The notes under the pieces were generated by a model. It was not told where the DNA came from. It made no database searches and saw nothing but the letters and a program-made list of their open reading frames with translations. Made by a program: the position numbers and the translations under genes. A stretch of 64,000 nucleotides of DNA from Octopus bimaculoides. Lineage: Eukaryota. Of the stretch, positions 24,374 through 34,349 are shown in pieces. Every line of letters starts with the position of its first letter. Positions within the stretch are counted from its first letter, which is position 1. The stretch spans positions 5,067,376 through 5,131,375 of the forward strand of contig NC_068986.1 of the NCBI RefSeq assembly GCF_001194135.2, in the 5' to 3' direction.

Positions 24374-24932
24374 AAAGTGATTGAGTGGTTAAGATGCTGA
24401 ACTAAATATATAACCTAAAGACTTTATTATGATGCTACCATCAGCATAATGTTTGACTTAGCAGTCTTTGTTATAAGGTTTTGTTATAATGCTTATTTAC
24501 AAGTCTTTGTCATAAGACTTTGTTATAAAGCAGGGGTGAGAAAACCCCAACCCACAAGTGCAATTGCGCCTGTGAACCCATTTTATTGTGCCCACAGGCT
24601 GGTATACTCCTATGTAAAAAATATAGCAAATTTTTCAATTATAAAATTTAGACAATATTTGTATACCTATTTGCAACATAGTTTGCATTTCTACTACAAC
24701 TTAAAACAGTTAGACTCGAAAAGAAAATCGTTTGGTAATTGTCATTTGAATGGAAATTTTGTTTTCACTATAAAACACATATTGCTAGATTTGTACCACT
24801 CCCTTGAGACCCAACTGCTCTCTAGCTGAAAAATATGGAATACCTCATAAGTAATATAAACGTCCTAAATTCAGTGGTAGCATTAATGAAGATGTTACAC
24901 GTTAATTTAATGTCTTAAACTTATTTTTATTA

Positions 24933-25156
24933 CAAAAATGGACTATATACCTGTTGTAATTTAGTTATCTATAGTCCTATGATATTTCGGAATACAATTC
25001 CTTCTTCAGATATTCTTCGATGGAGTCTAAGAAAACCGTTGGAAAACAGTTTATAGCAGAGACTCCTTCGAAGAATATCTGAAGAAGGAACTGTATTCCG
25101 AAATATCATCGGACTATAGACAACTAAATTACAACAGGTATATAGTCCATTTTTTG
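24933..25156. mobile_element. Foldback MITE: ~98-bp arms, 31-nt loop, TA flanks (Tc1/mariner-type)
   Basis: Arms 24931-25028 and 25060-25158 differ at about five positions. Confidence 0.8.
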
Positions 25157-25499
25157 TATTATAGTGCATTCTTGTACCATGCAAAACTTTTCATTCTTTA
25201 TAATCAATACACAATGCTTCAAGCGAACTACAATACTCTCTTATTTTTATTAATGTATATTAAATTATACATAGACATATACAAGATTCACACTGATATT
25301 AGAGTTAGAACTTGCGATCCACCTACAGACCTTTTACTTTGGAAATATTTGCCCACCACACTAAAAAGTTTCCCCATACCTGTTATAAAGCTTTCTTATA
25401 AGGCTTTATAAGGTTTTCTTTTAAGGCTTTATTAGGTTTTTTTATCAAGGTTTTATAATGTTTTCTAATGAGGCTTTATGAAATTTTGTAGGATTAATA

Positions 25500-25850
25500 A
25501 TGGAGGAATAGGATGAGGATGGGAGGTGGTATCTCATTTAGATGGATCTGAAGCAAACTTGGTACAAGGAGAGAAGGGTGTGCAGGAGGGGAGGAGGGGA
25601 AGGCGATGGGGAGTAGGAGAGGTGAGGAGGAGTGGTAGGAGGACTTGGAATGTAGAGTGGAGGGGGAAGAGTGATGGTGAGGCGATGAGTAGAGGGGGTT
25701 GGAGAGGAGCAAGAGGAGTGGAGTGAGCAGGGAGGAGGATAGTGAGGGAGGGGAAGAGGAGTAGGGGAGAAGAAAGAGATGATTAGAGGGAAAGAAAAGG
25801 AGATGATTAGAGGGAAGGAGGAGATGACTAGAAGAGGAGGAGGAGGATTA
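25500..25850. repeat. Purine-rich (GA/GGA) low-complexity tract
   Basis: Direct inspection. Confidence 0.8.
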
Positions 25851-25903
25851 TACTCTCTTATTTCAAGTTTGTCAATAATTACCATTACACAATAAATACT
25901 TAC

Positions 25904-26019
25904 TCTTTGATGTAATCCGTTTTGATGGATTTGGAATGAACTTGGTACAATCAACAGCATTTGGGATGACAGACACCATTTCTGGCTTGACAGAAGACCT
26001 CAGTACAGTGTTTTCTTTA
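25904..26019 (-). CDS. PIGA: PIGA coding exon 5: [39 protein letters not shown]
   Basis: Matches [24 protein letters not shown]; AG/GT. Confidence 0.97.
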
Positions 26020-26420
26020 CTAGTATTTTTAAAAAAATAAAAAATTAGACACATAAAATATTTATTATATAACCAGTTAAAGAGCAAATATTTTCTCCAT
26101 GCTTTAATGCATTACCTTTCGTATTCAGAAATATATATCAACACAGTTCAGATCATATTGTTTTTATGAGAGGCAAAAGCAACTGTCACCAAGTTGTGAC
26201 GTCCCCACAGGAGACTAGTTTTCAAGTCCTTATCATAGAAGCAATGCTGCTCTGGCATGAGATGTTTAGGCTGTGTAAACCTAACAACTTCAATGTACAG
26301 AAAGATTATGGAAAATACAACTGACCCTTGGGTACAGGCACTATAACCAACAGAGTGTTGGTCAGAGAAAGCATTGACAGTGTACACTGTAATAGTCTGA
26401 AAGGAAACACAAGAGATAGA

Positions 26421-26573
26421 TATTATTTACATTTGACAGATATTTGTCCTCATCTTGTTTGTTGTTAACACAACGTTTTGGCTGATATACCCTCCAGCCT
26501 TCATCAGGTGTCTTGGGGAAATTTCGAACCTGGGTTCTAATTCCTAAGGTATTTTTCGATGTTGTTGTTGTTG

Positions 26574-26618
<45 letters not shown>

Positions 26619-26648
26619 TCACTGCCTGGATTTGAACTCGGAATCTTG
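26421..26648 (-). mobile_element. Hammerhead-bearing SINE, copy 1 (5'-truncated, lacks A-box)
   Basis: Reverse complement of 26751-26965; B-box GAGTTCAAATCC, (TAA)n, hammerhead fold at 26467-26512. Confidence 0.85.
26467..26512 (-). ncRNA. Minimal type-I hammerhead ribozyme, G of GAAAC mutated to A
   Basis: GACAC-CTGATGA-A-GGCTG(GAGGGTATAT)CAGCC-AAAAC-GTT-GTGTT. Confidence 0.65.
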
Positions 26649-26750
26649 CAGACCGAGTGCAGATATGAGTAGCATATGGGAACCAGTATTAAGGAAGGAT
26701 AGGAAAATATTAGATTTATAAGCCCTAAAATTCACTCCATAATTGCCCAC

Positions 26751-26965
26751 GAGCATATGGCGTAGTGGTTAAGAACGTGAGCTACTAACCCCAAGATTCC
26801 AAGTTCGATTCCAGGCAGTGACCTGAGTAATAATAATAATAACATTGAAAAATACCTTAGGAATGAGAACCCAGGTTCGAAATTTCCCCAAGACACCTGA
26901 TGAAGGCTGGAGGTATATCAACCGAAATGTTGTGTTAACAACAAACAAGATGAGGACAAATATCC
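26751..26965 (+). mobile_element. Hammerhead-bearing tRNA-derived SINE, copy 2
   Basis: A-box TGGCGTAGTGG, B-box GTTCGATTCC, (TAA)n spacer, hammerhead fold at 26892-26936. Confidence 0.85.
26892..26936 (+). ncRNA. Minimal type-I hammerhead ribozyme, C of GAAAC mutated to T
   Basis: GACAC-CTGATGA-A-GGCTG(GAGGTATAT)CAACC-GAAAT-GTT-GTGTT. Confidence 0.65.
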
Positions 26966-28283
26966 ATCACTCCTCATCTCTTAAATATAGAACTGTATTA
27001 CAAGAGATAGATGTTGTCCATAGGTAAACCAATCACCTAGGATTAATGTAACTCAATTGGAACTACTACAGCCAGAAATCAAAAGTAACTGTAGACACCA
27101 TTGTGATATTCAGAGAAGATGAGAAAGTTTATGCTAATACATTCAACTTAAAATAAGCTAAGATATTTTAATAGAAATTACATTCACATGTGTAAAAACA
27201 AAAAAAAATGGTTTTAAAGAGTAATTCTCAAGACAAGGGAAACAACTCCATAAACTAGTGCCGTTGCTCTTTGGAAGTACGGTGAGAGTTCTGCACGTTT
27301 TGGTTTATTACTATACAAAAATGTTTATTTAGTCTTTTATAGAAATAATTTGAATTAAACATTTTTAGAGGCACAACATCAAATTGCCAAATACATTAAA
27401 AAGTAAATGGGTTAATTAATTCTGATATATTTAGTCCAACTTAAAATAATTTGAGGCTATCTCGGGCTACATTATCTAATGTGTTTCCTTTTTTTTTAAG
27501 ATGGTAGGATATGGTAGAAGGGGGATTTGACTACTATTTCTAGCAAATCAAGTAGCCATAGAGATGGAGCTGAATGGAACCAGTTACATAATTAATAGCT
27601 TCTGTCTTTCACTCTGACACACACACATAAATACATTATCACTGTTGTTATTGTCATTTAACGTCTGCTTTCCATGCTGGTATGGGTTGGACAGTTCAGA
27701 AGAAACAAGTGAACCAGAAGGCTGCATCAACCTCTAATTTCTACTTCGGTATAGTTTCTACAGCTGGATGCTCTTCCCAATACCAACTACTTTACAAAGT
27801 GTACTGGATGCTTTTAACATAGCACCAGCACCAGCAAGGTCACCAAATAACTCCCAAGACCCCCACTCAACTGAGTGAGGGAGGGGCAGCACTAAGAGAG
27901 GTGGCTTTATGCTAGGTGATGAAAGGTTAAACTATGATAAGGAGACAAGAACAGGTGTTTTGCTGTGGGGAAGGGTTAGGGTTACCCCAATTGGAAGAGG
28001 AGGAGAATGATGGTGAAGGCATGTCAGAGCATATCCTCAAGTGACAGGAAGGAGAATAAAGAGAAGTGATGTGAGTAGTAAGTTCACATGAGTGCAAGAG
28101 ACGTTGGTGCATTTATGTCCCTGTAACTTAGCAGTTCAGCATAAGAAATCAATAGAATAAGTACTAAGCTTAAAAAATAAGTCCTGGGATCGATTTGTTC
28201 AACTAAAACCCTTCATAACAGTATCCCAGCATGGCTGCAGTTAAATGACTGAAACAAGTAAAAAGAAAATAAAAAAAGATCAC

Positions 28284-28315
<32 letters not shown>

Positions 28316-28414
28316 AAATATACACATTATATATATATAGATAGATAGATATAGATATATATAAAATTTATTTTCAAAAAAATTTTTCTTTTAAATGGTA
28401 GGAATGCAACTAAC

Positions 28415-28590
28415 CTTGTATGTGAGACACAAATGGAATGGTTACAATCTGCTAATGAGACAGTCAATACCTTATTGGTCAGTATAGAACTACCATCCGC
28501 AAAACCAAAAAGAGAATGATCAGTGAAAACCACTCTCAATCCCATTGTCTTTGCATGGAACATAGCTTCATGTGCCAAAGTTGAAAATGC
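28415..28590 (-). CDS. PIGA: PIGA coding exon 4: [40 protein letters not shown]...VSHT
   Basis: Diagnostic [10 protein letters not shown]; AG/GT. Confidence 0.98.
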
Positions 28591-28718
28591 CTAAAATGTA
28601 AGAAAGTCCAAAGAAGTGGTGAAAAGTCATTGAAATCAACAGTTTATACAGTAACAGACAACTTAACAATAATGCTCACTCAGTTTTAGTAATATAAACA
28701 GCAAATAAACTGTATGCA

Positions 28719-28754
<36 letters not shown>

Positions 28755-28959
28755 CGCACATGTTTTTCTCATTACCCCACTGCTTGATAACCAGTGTTGG
28801 TTTGTTTATGCCCCTGTAATCTAGCAGTTCCGAAAAGGAGACTGATGGAACAGGTATCAAACTTTGAGAAAAGTAAGTTCGAGGGGCAATTTGATCAACT
28901 AATCCCATCAAGGTGGTGCCCCAGCATGCCCACAGCCCTATGATTGTACTACCAGCACC

Positions 28960-29300
28960 AGCCACGACTATGATTTCACTTGGCTTGATGAGATTTCTCA
29001 AGCACAACATATTGCTAAAGGTCTCAGTCACTTGTCATCACCTCCATGAGGCTCAACATTCAAGGATCATGTTTCACCACCTCATCCCAGGTCTACCTCT
29101 TCCACAGGTTCCCTCTACAGTTAGAGATCAGCACTTCTTTACACAGCTGTCCTTGTCCATGTGCATCACATGACCATACCAGTGCAATCATCTCTCATGT
29201 ACACCACATCTGATGCCTCTTATGCCCAGTTTTTCTCTCAAGACACGTACACTCAGTCATACATGCAAACTGACATTGCACATCCAGCAAAGCAAACTAG
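28960..29300 (-). mobile_element. RTE LINE 3' end fragment
   Basis: Homologous to the reverse complement of 44620-44945. Confidence 0.7.
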
Positions 29301-29358
29301 CTTTGTATCATCATATATTCTAAATTCAATGCATTCCAGTTTTTAAAAGTTATCTTAC

Positions 29359-29481
29359 CGAATGTCCATGAACAATAGTGATTTTCTCTCGAATGAAAAT
29401 ATCCCGAAGCAAGGGTAATGTGGTGAAAAGTGATGGCAGAATGCATTGGTTATAAATAGGGTAGAATGGCAGATAATAAAC
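29359..29481 (-). CDS. PIGA: PIGA coding exon 3: [41 protein letters not shown]
   Basis: Matches VYYLP...[22 protein letters not shown]/GT; 123 nt. Confidence 0.97.
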
Positions 29482-31427
29482 CTATAAGATAGTAGAAATT
29501 TAAAGGTGTAATTGATGTCAAACCTTTGAAATACCAAATTATTATCAAATAGAAAATAAAATCAGTTCAACTTTTGTTTGTAATTAGAGATTTAAGAATG
29601 ATTATCTAAAATTTTTTTTTTTTTAAATTACCTTTAAATATTTCTAAAAGATAACATGTTCAAATTTTGTCATAACTGGAAATGTTTAAGAAAAATACTA
29701 ACATACAGAATATCTATAAACAAAGTATAAACATAGCAGAAAATATAAAGAACTACAATCAGCAGTCAGTTGTAAGAAAGTATGGTTTGGCACCATGTAC
29801 AATGTTACTAAATGTTTTAAGTGCTTATGCAATCGCAAGCAGACATAGACATTCTCATGAACTCATAATCACTGACCCAATGGAAGCCCCTGGAGAAGAA
29901 GAGGATTGCATCTTCACTAGGCTGGTACTTACTTTTAACTGAGTAGACTGGAGCAACATGAAATGAAGTGCCTTGTTCAAGGATCACAATGCACTACCCA
30001 GTCCAGGAATTGAACTCAAAACTTTAGGATCATGAGCCAGACACACTAACTTCTAGGCCATGCACTTTTATAAAATACCTATGATATTTATAAAATAAAA
30101 AAATAAAATATCAATTGCTGATTTTTTTATTTATTCTTCCACTTTGTAGATGTTCCATATAAATCAGTAAACAAAGAACCAAAATACTCAACAGAAAAGT
30201 TTTCATTAAAACTTATGACAAAATCTTAATTTATTGTCAAAAAATGACTTCATTAATTGTAATATTGCTAGATTTTACAAGTTGTGTACCCAATTAAACT
30301 ACTTGCAGAAACTTAAAATTCATTTCCTTTTTAACCCAAGTCTTCAACTTGTCATGGGCTTCTTACAGTCTCCACATATTTTAGTAGCATAAAAAAACAT
30401 TTTTCATAAGATTTTCTTTGCTGGATGGTCTGACAGGATCTAAAGGGTTCAAGAACAGCATCGTTAGAAGCTACTTTTCACTAGAAGCTACTTAGATAAA
30501 ATCACACAAACTGGTTTATCACCAGATGTGATATGGTTCACATATGTCTGAAGATACTATTTTGAAAATTAAGCTTAATGTAATTTTAATTTTACTTTGT
30601 ACAATACACAAGTTAGTATCAAACTTATTTTACTAATTGTTTCTAATATAGGCACAAGGCCAGCAGCTTTGAGAACTTGACTGGGACTGCATTTTATCAA
30701 ACCCAGAGAAATGTAATGCAAATTTAACCTCAGCAGGATTTAAACTCAGAACACTAAGTGCTGTAATTAAACACCACAAGGTATTTTACCCAACATTCTA
30801 ATGAGTCTGTTAATCCACCACCTTAAAGGCTAATTTTAATAATGATATATGTTGGTTGGTGAACTGGGAGTCATCAGAGTGTAGAACAAAATGCTTTGGA
30901 TATTTGTTGTATTCTGAGTTCAAATCCAGTCTAACTTTTCCTTCTAAGATCACTTTGTACCTGAAAAGTGCTAGGATTCATTTAACTGACTAACCCATCA
31001 TTATCATCGTTTAACATCTGTGTTCCCTGCTGGCAGGGGTTGGATGGTTTGACAGGAGCTGGCCAGCAGGAGAGCTGCACCAGGCCCCAGTTGTCTGTCT
31101 TGGCAAGGTTTCTACGGCTGGAAGCCCTTCTTAACACCCACTACTTTACAAAGTGTACTGGATGCTTTTTAAATGGCACCAGTATTAGTCCTTTATATGT
31201 GGCACCAGCACATGCTTTTTACATGGTACCAGTATGGGTGCTTTTGACATGGCACCAGCACCCATGGGCTCACAAGACAAGGAGCTCTCAGCTGTGAGAG
31301 GGAGAGGAACCAAGTGATTAGAGTAACCCCTTCCCTAAAAATTTCTGGTTTTACACCTATATCAGGAAACAATAATGAACGATGTTAATGTTCAGTAACA
31401 ATATAGTTAAATATCAATATTACTTAC

Positions 31428-31584
31428 CTTTAAGCCATTGGTTAAATATCGCACGCCTTGTCTGTCTTCATAACGATGAGTAGCTACAACAACCTTGTGT
31501 CCTCTTTCAATCAAACATTGAGACAGCTGATAAATATGGCTTTCAACACCACCCATATTTGGATAAAAGAAGTCAGACACCATA
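31428..31584 (-). CDS. PIGA: PIGA coding exon 2: [31 protein letters not shown]...RYLTNGLK
   Basis: Diagnostic [24 protein letters not shown]; AG/GT. Confidence 0.98.
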
Positions 31585-33394
31585 CTGAAAAATAAGAAGA
31601 ATTTTTTTTTTCTTTAAAGCAACTTAAATTGTGAATTAGCAAATTGGCAAAGTCTTCTGATTAAATATTTTGTGAGTATTTATTTGTTCCATTCTCTATA
31701 CTCTGAATTCAAATTCTACTTAAGTCAATTTTGCCTTTCATGTTTTGGGTATTGGGAATGATAGCAACATTTCTTCCAGTTTTACATTCTAGGTTGAGCT
31801 GAACCTGAAAGCACATTGTTGTGAAGCAAATGTAGTGGTGATTCAAAACTGAACCACTGGGCACTACAACCAAACCACAATAGTTTCACATGATCAGTCT
31901 AGTAAGAAACCTATCAGTATCAAGCCATGGAATGATTCAATCTTCTAGAATATTCTTCTTGTACCCCATAAAGAGTCGCTTTGGCGCTAAACCTATTGCA
32001 GAATGTTGAGACAGGTGAGCAACATGTCTCCATTCTTGCCAGGCAAACTGCCAATGCAGATGTCCTGCAACAGGTGACCAAGAACCTCCATCACCATGAA
32101 GACAGCTCAGTTGATTTCAGATATGTTGGGCCAACTGCATGTCGCCATACCAAGAGCTTTCTGTAAACCCAGAGCAGTATCTCTTTCCCAATCTGTAAGT
32201 ATTGTTAACTGAAAATAGCCAATGTCAGTGGTCTTTACATGCAACAATAAATATTTCAGTTAAATGTTCATGAGTTTGCTTCAACTATTCATGCAGCAAA
32301 TGAAATATATTTTCATTCACCAACTCAACAATTACATGTCCTAAACCCATGACACAAACTTCTTAGCTACACAGTTATACCTATTCCCATTCATAAAACA
32401 TATTTGTATTAAGTGCAAAGTCACTAAGTTCTGTCTGCTACTATAGTACTATTTGTATCTAAGATGTCTTCCAGGAAATTTACTAGTCTTTGGAGTGTAC
32501 GATATATCTAATCTATACAGTTTAACTCGCTAATGCCAGATCCATGTGAGAAGAGTCGTACTTCGTCATTGACCATGGGTTCACAATAGTCACAGGTGTT
32601 TTAGTTATATGCTTGCTTGTAGTCTGTGTTTTGGTTGTGAATGCTGAGTTATTATTTAACTGGAAGAAAGTTTTGAATTAGCAAACTTTATTATCAAAAA
32701 TATTTTGCCACGACTATTTCATTCAGGCAGTGTACCAAAGAGTTTTTAACATACCAACACAAGTGTGTTACCCCAACTCGTCGACTTTGTTTCGTCATAA
32801 CTTCTAAGAAAAACGGATATTTATGTAATGAAATTTTCTACAAATATGCTTCCGATGGTGTAGATTCTGCTTATATCAGAATTTGTGGAAAGAAAATCGG
32901 ACTCGTACACATACATACTGACAAACGTAGCTTTTTTTGAAATTTCAAGTTTCATTTGGTAGATGTGTGTCTGTATGTAATGTGTACGAGCCCACCAATT
33001 AGGGCGGGGGGTTCATATCAAATTCCGATATAATTGGAATTTTTTTATGAAATACCATTCAGAGTGTGTTGACATTCTGAACGATATCTCAAAATTAACA
33101 ATTTTTTCTGAAAGTTATGAGGAAACACAGCTGATTCGTGTGAATTTTCCATAACTCCTCACCCAACCCTCAGAAAAAGATTTTGGCGGAGGTTTACCCT
33201 TATAATGGGAGGTGGTGTGAGTATTATTTACCTTCGCCAAAAATGTGTTCATATCAAATACCGATATAATCATAATCTGCGCTATCTGAGGCGTATTTGT
33301 AGAAAATATCATTGGAAGCATCAATTTTTCTGAAAATTATGGAGAAACTAAGAGGTGCATGCCAACTTTTTAACTAATGTCTTTGATATATATT

Positions 33395-33860
33395 CTTTTA
33401 TTTGTTTCAGTCATTTGACTGCGGCCATGCTGGAGCACCGCCTTTAGTCGAGCAAATCGACCCCAGCACTTATTCTTTGTAAGCCTAGTACTTATTCTAT
33501 CGGTCTCTTTTGCCGAACCGCTAGCTTATGGGGACGTAAACACACCACCATCGGTTGTCAAGCGATAGAATCGTTCTTTTTTGCTGAACCGCTATGTTAC
33601 GGGGACGTAAACACACCAGCATCGGGGTTGTCAAGCGATGTTGAGCGGACAAACACAGATATACAAACAAACACACACACACACACATATGTGACGGGCT
33701 TCTTTGAGTTTCCGTCTACCAAATTCACTCACAAGGCTTTGGCCGGCCCGAGGCTATAGTAGAAGACACTTGCCCTGCCCAAGGTGCCAGGCAGTGAAAC
33801 TGAACCCAGAACAATGTGGTTGGTAAGCAAGCTACTTACCACACAGCCACTCCTGCGCCT
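33395..33860 (-). mobile_element. Young full-length SINE (12045 family) with an internal ~60-bp duplication
   Basis: CpG-rich; the GCCGAACCGCTA...GGTTGTCAAGCGAT block occurs twice. Confidence 0.85.
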
Positions 33861-34332
33861 ATGATTATGATTTGAAGGCAGTTTAGTTGCTATTTCTTGC
33901 AGGACCAGCAATGTATATAGCCATCCCCATGTCAGCCCTAATAGGGCAGATATTAAATATGTTCTATGTTGTGACCAATGTCTTCAATTCGTATTCAGGG
34001 TGTCTAACGTATCATTCCTTTTCATAGGATGGTAGGTAGAGTGTAATTTGTGGGAGATTTGGTTCTTAATTTTAGCAAGATAAGCTATTGCTTAGATCCT
34101 CGCAGAACTTTTAGATAATCTAATCAGCATGTCAATCAAAAATTAAATACACTGGAGTTATAACAGTTCTCCGTAAATATTAAATCCAATTTTAAGAAGA
34201 GTGACGTTGTTGCACGCTACGAAATAAATTAGTAAAGTATTTATACAAGACACACAATATGTTTTTTAAGTTTCTATTTGATAAGTTAAACGAAAACTTA
34301 ATTTTTGAATCAAAATTTTGAAGTACACTTAC

Positions 34333-34349
34333 CATATATTGTGTTTCAT
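34333..34349 (-). CDS. PIGA: PIGA coding exon 1 (17 nt): ATG AAA CAC AAT ATA TG
   Basis: GTAAGT donor; joins exon 2 to give MKHNICMVSDFF, matching HNICMVSDFF. Confidence 0.9.

Noticed and set aside
32107-32109. In-frame TGA as selenocysteine
   Set aside because: Flanking peptide is not like any selenoprotein I know, no SECIS seen, and neighbouring frames also have stops
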